A DNA stretch of 64,000 bases, from positions 1-64,000 of the forward strand of contig CAWHDZ010000008.1 in NCBI GenBank assembly GCA_963828255.1, read 5' to 3'. Numbering within the stretch: the first letter of the stretch is position 1; each line of letters starts with the position of its first letter. The DNA is from an uncultured delta proteobacterium. GTDB taxonomy: Bacteria > Myxococcota > Myxococcia > Myxococcales > Anaeromyxobacteraceae. Below, piece by piece: positions 41,566 through 51,178 of the stretch. Below the pieces are notes generated by a model. The model searched no databases. It saw only the letters and a program-made list of their open reading frames with translations, and was not told where the DNA came from. The position numbers and the translations under genes were made by a program.

Positions 41566-44500
41566 ATGGTTCGTGCAGGGCAAGGTGCGTTGCTGTGGGT
41601 GCTGGTGTGCGCGGCGTTCACGTTTGGTTGCAAGAGCGGAGGCGACGTGCCGCCTCCCCCGGCGGACCCGAACAAGGCGACCGGGGTCGTCAGCCCCGAG
41701 AGCACCTCTCCCGTCGTGGTCTCCCTGCCGAGCGGCGCGACGGTGACCGTCCCCCCGGGCGCCGTCAGCCAGCCCACCACCATCACCATCGAGAAGACGA
41801 GCACGCAGCCTCCGGGCGCGTCGTCCCCGCTCTACAACGTGGGGCCCGCCGGTACCCAGTTCCTCCAGCCGGTCACCATCTCGATTCCCATCCCCGCCGG
41901 CGTCTCGGTCTCGTCGGGCGCCACCATCTACCTCTCCTCGGGGACCCAGACGGGCACCTACCAGGCCCTCCCCACCACCGTGACCACCACGGGCAGCGGC
42001 TCGACCGCGACCGCGCAGGTCGGGCAGGTGGGCTCGGTCTTCGTGGGCCAGCCCTGCGCCGAGGGGGCGGCGTGCGCGACGGAGACGACCTGTCGCGCCG
42101 GGTCCCAGACCTGCGTCACCGGGAAGCCGGCGTGCTCGGAGACGGGGCTCCTCGCGACGGACGGGACGTCCTGCGGCGGCGGCCAGATCTGCGGCCTCGG
42201 CACCTGCATCGCCCCGAGTGCCACCGGCACCGTCACCGCGAGCGGCGGCGGGACCGTGACCCTTCCCGGAGGAGTCGTCGTCCAGTTTCCGCCCGGGGCG
42301 ATCCCGGCCGACACGGTCGTGACCGTCAACGTGGTCGGCGGCGCCGCTCCGCCGGGCGCGCTCTCCCCGGTCCTGGAGTTCCTCCCCTCGATGACCTTCG
42401 CCCAGCCCGTCACGGTGAGCTTCCCGATCGCGGGGACGCCTCCATCGGGCACGACCATCTACTGGAGCCAGCCCGGCACGACGGGAGCCTGGACCCCGCA
42501 CCTCGCGAGCCTCTCCACGCCGGGCGTCGCCTCCACCCAGGTCACCCACTTCAGCCTGGGCTACGTCGGGCTTCCGTGTACTCCCGGTGACGCCTGCTCG
42601 GTCGCCAGCGCCTGCCACGTCGGCGCCATCGCCTGCACGTCGGGCGCGCCGGTCTGCTCCGACACCGGCACGGGGAGGCCCGACGGCACCACCTGCGGCA
42701 GCGGCAACACCTGCCAGGGCGGCTCCTGCGTCACCCCTTCGCTGGTCGGGCAGTGGAAGGGGACCGTTCCCGGCTCCGGCGTCGCCGTCGTGACGATCCG
42801 CGCCGACGGCACCTGGAGCAGGGCCACGGCCGGCGGCCCGGTCGCCTCGGGCGCCTGGACCGTCGCCGGCAACCTGATCGCGCTCACCGACGACGCCTGC
42901 GGCGCGGGGGTCACGGGCACCTACGAGTACACGGCCGCGGCCGGGTCGCTCGTCCTCGAGCTGGTGAGCGACTCGTGTTCCTCGCGGGCCGCGGTCGCAG
43001 ACGTGGTCCTCGTGAAGTCGACCGTCACGCTCTGCGTGCCCGGCGCTTCCTGCACCCCCGCCGCTCCGATCGCCTGCCGCGCCTACGCCACGACCTGCGA
43101 CGCGACCTTCACCCAGACCACCTGCTCCCCCGACGCCTTTCTCCAGGACGGTACCTCCTGCGGGAGCGGCCTCGTCTGCACCGCGGGGGCCTGCGGAGCC
43201 CCGCCGGTCGTGATCGACCTCAACGGGACCTGGACGGGCACGACCTTCACGGCCACGGCCACGCCTCCGGGCGGCACGGCGGGCGCACCCGTGACCTTCG
43301 CGGCCGCTCGCGAGGCGATCCAGGTCGGAAGCGCGGTCAGCTTCACGACGGTCTCGAGCCTCGGTTCGGAGAGCGACTGCACCGGCACGCTCTCGGGCAC
43401 GACCGTCTCGGCCAGCTGCACCATCGTGAACCTCGACGGGACGTGCTCCGGCAGCTACTCGGTGACCGCGCCGGTCACTCCGGGCTCCCTGGCGACGTGG
43501 GAGACCGGGGACGTCACGTACACCTGGAGTGGATTTTCCTGTGCGCAGGCCGGCACCGTCGTCCACGTGCCGACCGGAGCGCTGGCGCCCCAGACGGCTC
43601 CTCCCCCAGACATCTCCGGAACCTACTCGGTCGCCATCGACTACACGAGGACGGGGCCGTCGCCCCGCTCCCCTCAGACGGGGACCAGCACCGGGACCCG
43701 GGTGCGCACGCAGGCCGGGAACTTCGTCCGCTCGATGCTCACGACCCCGAACACGACCTACTACTGCTACGGGCCGGTGATCGGCACCACGGTCTACGAC
43801 GCCTGCAACGGCTTCGGCGCCGACGGAGTGACGACCTTCAGCGGGCGCCTCCAGAGCACGATCACGCCGGGAAGTCCCCTGACGATCAGCGGGGGCGGGA
43901 GCTACACGATCCACGGTGACTTGGCCGGCTACACGAACCTCGTGGCGACGGCGGTCGCCACCCGCACCGGCGCCTCCACCTGCACCCCGAGCCAGACGTG
44001 CTTCCCGTACGGATCGGCCAACCCTTGCTCCACGTATGCGACGACCTGCTCCGCCTCCGGCGTCCAGGGCTGCGCGGCCGCCGCCAGCCAGGCCGAGGGG
44101 ACCTCGTGCGGCTCGTCCCTGGTCTGCAGCGCCACCGGGACCTGCATCGCGGCCTGCGTGGCCGGCAGCGGCTGCACGCCCGCCGGAACAGCCGACCCCT
44201 GCAGGACCTACGCGACCACCTGCAACGGGGCCGGCACCGTGACGACCTGCTCGCCCGCCACCAACCGGCCCGACGGGACGACCTGCGGCAGCGGCCTCGT
44301 CTGCAGCATCGGCAGCTGCGTCGCCGCATGCGTGGCCGGCAACGCCTGCACGCCCGCGGGGACGCCAATCGCCTGCCGGGCCTACGCCACGACCTGCGAC
44401 GCGACCGGCACGGTCACGTCCTGCTCGCCCGCGGCAAACCTCCCCGACGGCACGACCTGCGGTACCGCGAGCATCTGCTCCGCGGGGACGTGCGCCGCGG

Positions 44501-47500
44501 ACAGCGCCAGCGCCAGCATCGGCGTCTCCGGCGGGTCGGTCACCACCCTGAGCGGGGCGAGGCTCGCCGTCCCAGCGAGTTCCCTCGACGCCACCCGGAG
44601 CTTCCAGATCGCGCGGTCGGCGTCGGCGCCCCCCGCGGGCGTGGCGGCTTACTCGCCCGTGTACGACCTAGCCCCTGACGGCGTCATCTTCGCACGGCTT
44701 CCCGTCGTCACAATCCCCATCCCCGCGGGCGTCGCCCAGGCCTCGATCTACTCGTCCCGCCTCGACGGCACCGGCTTCGACGCGCTGGAGGGCACGGTCG
44801 ACACCGTGGCGCACACCGTCAGCGCCCAGGTCGGCCACCTCGGCCAGGCCTTCGCCGGGGCTCCGGCGGCGACGCGCGACGTGGTCGGCTACGGGATCAC
44901 CACGTACATCACGCCGACGTCCCGGGCCAACGTCCTCGTCGACTTCTCGTCGAGCCCACCGGAGATCCTGGTGCCGACCGGCGGAGGCGCGTACCGGAGC
45001 ATCCCGGCCGTGGTGGGCACCGGCGCCGCAGCCGGGACCGTCCGCTTCCCGAACGTTCCGCAGGGCGAGCACCTCCTCCGCCGGGGGACCAGCTACTCGT
45101 TCCGCTCGGGTGACGTGGCGAACTTGGGATCCTCGGTCGCGGGGAAGCCGATTTCCCTTCGGACCGCTCTCACCCAGAGCTCGATCCTCAATCTCGCGGT
45201 GTCCGGCATGGCCTCGTGGCAGGTGGGCGACTGGCTGGAGTTCTTCTCCCCCCAGGTGAACGACTGGGACTTCGAGACCGACATCCTGGCGGATCCGCCC
45301 CTCCAGCCGGGCGACGTCGGCGCCCACCTTCCCATCGACGTCCGGTTCCTGAACGCCGCGCCGACGAACTACCTCATCGAGGGCTCGAAGGGGGACCAGG
45401 CGATCGTCGCGCAACTCTCGTCCGCCACGTCCGGGAATGGCCTGCCCTACATCTCGATGGCGCGCGTAGGCGTCGTGCCCTCCTTCGACCTCCCGGCGAG
45501 CGGAACGACGCCCGCCTCGGTGGTCCTCGTCCCGATCAACCGGGGCACCGTCTCCTTCGACTGGCGCGGCTCCCAGTGGCGCGGGGCCGTCGAGCTGGAC
45601 GGGAACCCCGCCCACGTCGGCGCGAGCCCCACGAGCCCCTGGGCTGGCGGCGACCTGGGCATCTACGCGCTCCCCGGGCTGGCGAGCGACGGCTACTACT
45701 CCGCGAGCGCCGACCTGCTCTGGATGCACGATTCCACAGGCTCGGACGCAGCCACCGGGGCGATGAACGTCGCCACGGCCGCCGACGCACTCCCGGGGAC
45801 GTGGGCGGCAAGCGCCATGGGCGGATATTCCATGCCGGTCCCGCTGCTGTTGCCAGGTACGACCACGTCTTTCCTGGGCCTGAACGACTCGCTTCGCGAT
45901 TGGATGACCGTCGACGCCTCCCAGTCGCGTCCGTTCGAGCCCAGCCTCACCGCCCCGGTGGCCGCCTTCGTCGGGTCGAGCCACTTCTTCGCCGGTGGGG
46001 AGAGCATGGGGACGACTCCCACCGTCACCTGGACCGCACCGCGGGTAGGAGTCCCGACCAGCTACGGGCTCACCATCCACGAGATCTTCCGCAGCGGCAT
46101 CCGCACGACCCGTCGGGCGACCGCGAGCTTTTCCACGCAGGCGACGACCCTTGCAATCCCTCCCGGCATCCTCCAGCCCGAGAAGAACTACGCGTTCGTC
46201 CTCTCGAGCTACGCGTCCGATGCGGACCATTCCGCGAGCGCCGCCATCGTCTCCGGCATCTTCCGCACCAGCGCCCAGTGCGTCGCGGTCGTCGCGTGCA
46301 CGCCGACGGGCATCCCCGACCCGTGCCGCACCTACACCACCACCTGCGACCCCTCGCTGACCGTCACGACCTGCTCGCCGACCGGCGTCGCCCCGCCGCT
46401 CACCACCTGCGGGACCGCCCAGGTCTGCAACGGATCCGGACAGTGCATCGCCGACGTCGCGGTGAGCGTGTCGCCCGCATCGGCCAGCATGGCGCCCGGC
46501 CAGCAGATCGCCTTCACGGCCACGGTCGACGGAGTTCCCAGCACCGCGGTCACCTGGTCGGTACAGGAGGGGGCGGCCGGCGGGACAGTCGTGAGCGGCG
46601 TCTACACCGCACCGGCCACGACCGGCGTGTACCACGTCGTCGCGACCAGCACTCTGAACCCGCTCCGCAGCGCGACGGCGACGGTGACCGTCGCGGCCCC
46701 GGCCCAGCCCTGGCTCTCCGTCTCCCCGCCGGCCGTGTCGGCGACGGCATCCTCCGGCACCAGCGTCGCGACCACGCTCACGATCGCGAACGCGGGAACG
46801 GGTACGCTCGCCCTGCCATTCGCCTGGGCGAATTACTCGACCGGATCGAACTGGATCACGGCCCGGGTCATCGGCGCCGCGGCGCCCTACTCGCTGGTGG
46901 TCACGACCAGGGCCACGAGCCTTCCACCCGGGACCTACACCGCGAACGTCGAGATCGAGGAGGTGGGCGCGGGCAACTCCACCCAGATCGTCCCGCTCAC
47001 CTTCACCGTGACGGCCCCTGCCATCGGCGTCGTGGTCTCCCCCACCGCGGCTTCGCTCGGCTACGGGGACCAGGCCACCTTCGTCGCATCGGTGAGCGGC
47101 TCCGCGAACGGGGCCGTGACCTGGTCGGTCACCGAGGGTGCCGCGGGGGGGACGGTGTCGGCCTCCGGGGCCTACACGGCGCCCTCCGTCGCAGGCACCT
47201 TCCACGTCGTCGCGACCAGCGCCGCCGACCCGACGAGGAGCGCCACGGCCACGGTGACGGTGGCGGCGCCGGCGCCGGTGGTGATGCCCGCGAGGCAGTG
47301 GATCGCCTTCGGTGGCACTCCAGGCGGTGCAGCACCACCCGCCCAGGTCGTCTCCGTCGCCAACGGCGGAACGGGGTCGCTCGCCCGTCCTTCACTTACA
47401 GTCACCTTCCCGACCGCGGCGGGCTGGCTGACCGCCGACGTGACCGGGAGCGCCCCGCCCTACGCGCTCACCCTGACGCCGATCGGCCCGCTCCCGGCGG

Positions 47501-48987
47501 CCGGGTTCTACCACGCCTACGTCGACCTCACCTCGGCGAGCGCACCCGGTGCCCCCGTCCGGGTGGACGTCATGCTCCAGGTCACGGCGGGCGCCCGGAA
47601 CGTGACGGTCACCCGCCGGCGCCATTTCCTTCCGGAGGTCGGCGCACCCTCGGTCGTGAACGTGACCGGGCTCGATGTCGGGGCCGTCCTGCGCAACCCC
47701 GAGGGCGTCACCCCCGGCATCACGATGCGCTTGCCGGCCGTCGACAACGGTGACGGTACGTACACCCTCCACGGCGTGCCGGCGGGCCGCGTCCTGGTGA
47801 ACCCGGTCGGCTTCGGAAACTTCGACGTCGCCGGGAACGCCATCGACCTCAGCACCTACGAGGGGTACCGGTCCGACGTCGTCGTGCCGGCGCTTTCGAC
47901 CCCGGTGACCGTCGCGCTGACCGGACTCGATCCCTGGGCCGAGGTCATCGACTCGCTCCAGTTCTTCACGAACGACGCGTACGACTGGAACGTCTTCCCG
48001 GGCAACGGGGTGTCCTCCGGTGCGTCGTCGACTCCGGGAGTGCTCGTCAACTGGCGGAACATCTACGGGGGGCTGCTGCGCGCCACGGACGTGCTCCACG
48101 TGGTCCAGTTCCGCCGGACTCCGGCGAGAGATGCCGTCACCGGCGCCTCCTACATCTACGATCAGGGCGTGGCGGGTGGCGTCGTCACCGGCCAGGCGCT
48201 CCAGGACGGCGTCCCGGCCAGCTTCGCGGTCCAGCTCGCGCCCCCCTCCTCCAGGCCGACCACCTCGCTCGACTGGCGGCTGACCCAGTTCGAGTCGGTG
48301 CTGTCCTCCTCGGGCGTCCCGACGTGGGGAGACCACTCCTACACGCTCCACGCGAGCGCCGCGCCGATCACGCCGATCCGCTACGGCGGGAGCACCCTGG
48401 ATCTCATCGAACTGCTCGCGATCATCGGGAACCCGGACATCCGGATCTCGTCCATGAGCTACGGTGACCTGGCGTCCCCGGGCTACGTGCCGCGCGAGAG
48501 CTTCAGCTACTCGGAGCAGGTTCCGCGAACGGCCTTCGGTGCGTCGATCGCGCTCGACGTCGCCGTGGATGCCGCCGTCTTTCGGGCCTTCTCTCCGGGC
48601 ACGACCGCGACTCCGCTCGTCGGCGAGGTCTCCTCGCCGATGATCGCGGGGCGGGACGCGCGGGTCCCCTACCAGGGGACCATGAATCCCCCCGTGGCTC
48701 CCCTCATCACCTGGGCACCCCCGGCCATCGGAACGGCCGACTACTACTTCGTCCAGCTCCTCGAGCTGAGCCCGACGGCCACCGGGGGCACCCAGCAATC
48801 GGCCACCTACCGGATCCAGACGACCCAGACCCAGTTCCAGCCGCCCGACTGGTTCTTCCAGCCCGGCAAGACCTACGTGGTGAAGATCCAGGCCAACCAC
48901 ATGCCGGGCTTCTCGGAGAGCGCTCCCCGGACGTTCCGGACTCCCCACGGCTGGGCCGACTTCCTCTCGGCGGAGTTCACGCCGTAG
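41566..48987 (+). CDS. Giant (~2470 aa) modular surface lipoprotein: ZU5-like x3, 8-Cys repeats x7, Ig-like x2, BACON-like x2, lipoprotein module x2
   Basis: Lipobox FTFGC; repeats visible directly in the translation; uninterrupted 7.4-kb ORF. Confidence 0.9.
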   Translation: MVRAGQGALLWVLVCAAFTFGCKSGGDVPPPPADPNKATGVVSPESTSPVVVSLPSGATVTVPPGAVSQPTTITIEKTSTQPPGASSPLYNVGPAGTQFLQPVTISIPIPAGVSVSSGATIYLSSGTQTGTYQALPTTVTTTGSGSTATAQVGQVGSVFVGQPCAEGAACATETTCRAGSQTCVTGKPACSETGLLATDGTSCGGGQICGLGTCIAPSATGTVTASGGGTVTLPGGVVVQFPPGAIPADTVVTVNVVGGAAPPGALSPVLEFLPSMTFAQPVTVSFPIAGTPPSGTTIYWSQPGTTGAWTPHLASLSTPGVASTQVTHFSLGYVGLPCTPGDACSVASACHVGAIACTSGAPVCSDTGTGRPDGTTCGSGNTCQGGSCVTPSLVGQWKGTVPGSGVAVVTIRADGTWSRATAGGPVASGAWTVAGNLIALTDDACGAGVTGTYEYTAAAGSLVLELVSDSCSSRAAVADVVLVKSTVTLCVPGASCTPAAPIACRAYATTCDATFTQTTCSPDAFLQDGTSCGSGLVCTAGACGAPPVVIDLNGTWTGTTFTATATPPGGTAGAPVTFAAAREAIQVGSAVSFTTVSSLGSESDCTGTLSGTTVSASCTIVNLDGTCSGSYSVTAPVTPGSLATWETGDVTYTWSGFSCAQAGTVVHVPTGALAPQTAPPPDISGTYSVAIDYTRTGPSPRSPQTGTSTGTRVRTQAGNFVRSMLTTPNTTYYCYGPVIGTTVYDACNGFGADGVTTFSGRLQSTITPGSPLTISGGGSYTIHGDLAGYTNLVATAVATRTGASTCTPSQTCFPYGSANPCSTYATTCSASGVQGCAAAASQAEGTSCGSSLVCSATGTCIAACVAGSGCTPAGTADPCRTYATTCNGAGTVTTCSPATNRPDGTTCGSGLVCSIGSCVAACVAGNACTPAGTPIACRAYATTCDATGTVTSCSPAANLPDGTTCGTASICSAGTCAADSASASIGVSGGSVTTLSGARLAVPASSLDATRSFQIARSASAPPAGVAAYSPVYDLAPDGVIFARLPVVTIPIPAGVAQASIYSSRLDGTGFDALEGTVDTVAHTVSAQVGHLGQAFAGAPAATRDVVGYGITTYITPTSRANVLVDFSSSPPEILVPTGGGAYRSIPAVVGTGAAAGTVRFPNVPQGEHLLRRGTSYSFRSGDVANLGSSVAGKPISLRTALTQSSILNLAVSGMASWQVGDWLEFFSPQVNDWDFETDILADPPLQPGDVGAHLPIDVRFLNAAPTNYLIEGSKGDQAIVAQLSSATSGNGLPYISMARVGVVPSFDLPASGTTPASVVLVPINRGTVSFDWRGSQWRGAVELDGNPAHVGASPTSPWAGGDLGIYALPGLASDGYYSASADLLWMHDSTGSDAATGAMNVATAADALPGTWAASAMGGYSMPVPLLLPGTTTSFLGLNDSLRDWMTVDASQSRPFEPSLTAPVAAFVGSSHFFAGGESMGTTPTVTWTAPRVGVPTSYGLTIHEIFRSGIRTTRRATASFSTQATTLAIPPGILQPEKNYAFVLSSYASDADHSASAAIVSGIFRTSAQCVAVVACTPTGIPDPCRTYTTTCDPSLTVTTCSPTGVAPPLTTCGTAQVCNGSGQCIADVAVSVSPASASMAPGQQIAFTATVDGVPSTAVTWSVQEGAAGGTVVSGVYTAPATTGVYHVVATSTLNPLRSATATVTVAAPAQPWLSVSPPAVSATASSGTSVATTLTIANAGTGTLALPFAWANYSTGSNWITARVIGAAAPYSLVVTTRATSLPPGTYTANVEIEEVGAGNSTQIVPLTFTVTAPAIGVVVSPTAASLGYGDQATFVASVSGSANGAVTWSVTEGAAGGTVSASGAYTAPSVAGTFHVVATSAADPTRSATATVTVAAPAPVVMPARQWIAFGGTPGGAAPPAQVVSVANGGTGSLARPSLTVTFPTAAGWLTADVTGSAPPYALTLTPIGPLPAAGFYHAYVDLTSASAPGAPVRVDVMLQVTAGARNVTVTRRRHFLPEVGAPSVVNVTGLDVGAVLRNPEGVTPGITMRLPAVDNGDGTYTLHGVPAGRVLVNPVGFGNFDVAGNAIDLSTYEGYRSDVVVPALSTPVTVALTGLDPWAEVIDSLQFFTNDAYDWNVFPGNGVSSGASSTPGVLVNWRNIYGGLLRATDVLHVVQFRRTPARDAVTGASYIYDQGVAGGVVTGQALQDGVPASFAVQLAPPSSRPTTSLDWRLTQFESVLSSSGVPTWGDHSYTLHASAAPITPIRYGGSTLDLIELLAIIGNPDIRISSMSYGDLASPGYVPRESFSYSEQVPRTAFGASIALDVAVDAAVFRAFSPGTTATPLVGEVSSPMIAGRDARVPYQGTMNPPVAPLITWAPPAIGTADYYFVQLLELSPTATGGTQQSATYRIQTTQTQFQPPDWFFQPGKTYVVKIQANHMPGFSESAPRTFRTPHGWADFLSAEFTP

Positions 48988-49017
48988 GCAGCACGATCGG
49001 ACCGGATCCGGCGCGGC

Positions 49018-49734
49018 TCAGTTGATCCAGCGCCGGTCCGGATCCCGGTCGGCGTGGATCACCTCGAAGCGCCCGCGCCCCCTCTTCCGCCGCGGCAGGC
49101 GGATGCGGCGCAGCCACTGCCCCGGCCCCTTCCCGCTCACGTGCACCCAGGCGATCCCCTCGGCCAGGAGGTGGGGGACGAAGGCCCCGACGCCGGTGAA
49201 GAGCGCGAAGAGAACCGTTCCACCCACGGTGACGAGGACGAGCGTCTTTCCGGAGACCGGGACGGCGAAGAAGAGCAGGATTTGCCGGAACGGGAAGTTG
49301 AGCCCCCAGGCCACGACGACGGCGTTGAGCGCCACCCAGAGGCCGCTGAAGCGGTAGGCCTCGAGCCCCGGCCAGGCGAGCGCGAGGAGCGAGGCCAGGA
49401 GGCCGGCCACGGCAGGAACGGCGAAGTAGGTGAGGAGGAAGCGCCGCTCCCCCCAGGCCTCCACGAGGTCCCGGCCGAACCAGTAGAGCACCAGGCCGCC
49501 GAAGAGCAGGTTCACGGGGTCGTTCTCGACGAGCACCCAGGTGACGAGCCGCCAGACCTCGCCCTGCCAGACCGCTCCGATGTCGAGGAGGAGCAGCTGC
49601 TGGAGGCCGAGGCCGCTGCGCCCTCCCACCGCCGCGACGAGGCTGACCACGACCGTCGCCACGATGAGGCCTCCCACCGCGGCGGGGACCCGCCCGCCGA
49701 AGGAGAGGAGGTTTCCGGGGCGGCCGGACGACAA
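49018..49734 (-). CDS. Rhomboid-like membrane protein
   Basis: GEVWRLVTW, LYWFG..L...WG..RF, multiple TM helices. Confidence 0.72.
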   Translation of the reverse strand: MSSGRPGNLLSFGGRVPAAVGGLIVATVVVSLVAAVGGRSGLGLQQLLLLDIGAVWQGEVWRLVTWVLVENDPVNLLFGGLVLYWFGRDLVEAWGERRFLLTYFAVPAVAGLLASLLALAWPGLEAYRFSGLWVALNAVVVAWGLNFPFRQILLFFAVPVSGKTLVLVTVGGTVLFALFTGVGAFVPHLLAEGIAWVHVSGKGPGQWLRRIRLPRRKRGRGRFEVIHADRDPDRRWIN

Positions 49735-49737
49735 CGG

Positions 49738-49932
49738 TCAGGCTCCTGCCGGCTTGTAGAAGAGGATGATCGTCAGGCAGTGGAACTGGTTGTCCGACGA
49801 GAGCGTCACCGACTTGTCCACGATCTCCAGCTCGGGGTGCTTGCCGAGCCAGTTGTTGATCGTGTCGCTCATGGCGTCCCGATCGCGGGCCAGCGTCGCC
49901 GAGAAAACCTTGCACCCCGTGAACTTCTCCAT
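49738..49932 (-). CDS. Small hypothetical protein (FTGCKVFSAT...SSD..FHCLTI)
   Basis: GAGGGG SD, clean codon usage, resembles small myxobacterial proteins. Confidence 0.78.
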   Translation of the reverse strand: MEKFTGCKVFSATLARDRDAMSDTINNWLGKHPELEIVDKSVTLSSDNQFHCLTIILFYKPAGA

Positions 49933-49967
49933 GGTCGCCCCCTCGCCCCGAGACCTGAAACCCGAGC

Positions 49968-51164
49968 CTACAGCGCCTCGACGATGACCGCGATACCCTG
50001 TCCACCGCCGATGCAGGCCCCGGCCAGGCCGAAGCGCCCGCCCCGCTGCCGGAGCGCCTGGATGGTGTGCAGCGTGAGCCTTGCCCCGCTCGCCCCGAGC
50101 GGGTGTCCGACCGCGATGGCGCCCCCGTCCACGTTGGTCCGGTCCCGCGGCAGTCCCAGCTCCTTCTCCACCGCCAGGTACTGCGGCGCGAAGGCCTCGT
50201 TCACCTCGAAGAGGTCGAAGTCGGAGAGCTTCGCCTCGGCCCTGGCCATGGCGTTCCTGAAGGCGGGGGCCGGCCCGATGCCCATGACCGTGGGGTCCAC
50301 CCCGGCCACCCCCCAGTTGACGAGGCGGGCCAGCGGCGCGAGCCCGCGCCGGTCGGCCGCCGCCCGGGTCATGACCACCATCATGGCGGCCCCGTCGGCC
50401 ACGCCGCTCGCCGCGCCGGCGTGGATGACGCCGTCCTTCTTGAAGATGCGGGGGAGCTTGCGGAGCCCCTCGATCGTGGTCTCGGGGCGGGGGTGCTCGT
50501 CCTTGTCGAAGGTCACCTTTCCCTTGCGGGTCTCGATCTCCACCGGCGCGATCTCGTCCTTGAAGCGCCCGGCGGCCTGGGCCTCGGCGGTGCGGCGCTG
50601 CGAGAGGACGCTGAACTCGTCCACCTCGTCCTGGGTGATCCGGTACTGCTCGGCGAGCTTCTCCGCGGTGAGCGCCATGGGCATCTTCGCCTGGGTGTCG
50701 GTGAGCGCGGTCCAGAGCGCGTCCTCGATGGCCGGGGTCTTGCCCAGCGGCACCCCGAACCGCCCGCCGCGCAGGACGTAGGGGGCCTGGCTCATCGACT
50801 CGGTCCCGCCCACCAGCACCGCCTCGGCCTGGCCGGTGGCGATCTGGAAGGCGCCCTGCACCACCGCCTCGAAGCCCGACCCGCACAGCCTGTTCACGAT
50901 CAGTGCGGGAGTCTCGACCGGGACGCCGACCCGGAGCCCGACGTGGCGGGCCAGGTAGATGGCGTCGGCGGAGGTCTGGAGCACGTTGCCCACCACCACA
51001 TGGCCGATCTCCGCGGGCGGGAGCCCGGCGTCGCGAAGGGCCGCGCCGGCCGCGTGGACCGCCAGGTCGGTGGCCGTGAGGTCCTTGAGCGTGCCGCCGA
51101 AGGTTCCGAACGGGGTCCGGCGGCCGGCGACGAAGACGATCTCCTGCGGTGTGGCGGAACGCAT
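49968..51164 (-). CDS. Acetyl-CoA C-acyltransferase (thiolase)
   Basis: NRLCGSG, NEAF, GHPLGASG, CIGGGQG. Confidence 0.95.
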   Translation of the reverse strand: MRSATPQEIVFVAGRRTPFGTFGGTLKDLTATDLAVHAAGAALRDAGLPPAEIGHVVVGNVLQTSADAIYLARHVGLRVGVPVETPALIVNRLCGSGFEAVVQGAFQIATGQAEAVLVGGTESMSQAPYVLRGGRFGVPLGKTPAIEDALWTALTDTQAKMPMALTAEKLAEQYRITQDEVDEFSVLSQRRTAEAQAAGRFKDEIAPVEIETRKGKVTFDKDEHPRPETTIEGLRKLPRIFKKDGVIHAGAASGVADGAAMMVVMTRAAADRRGLAPLARLVNWGVAGVDPTVMGIGPAPAFRNAMARAEAKLSDFDLFEVNEAFAPQYLAVEKELGLPRDRTNVDGGAIAVGHPLGASGARLTLHTIQALRQRGGRFGLAGACIGGGQGIAVIVEAL

Positions 51165-51178
51165 GCAGACCTCCAGCT

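Noticed and set aside
43981..44493. CRISPR-like or non-coding tandem repeats
   Set aside because: The repeats are in-frame, degenerate protein repeats; no repeat-spacer array or cas genes in the window
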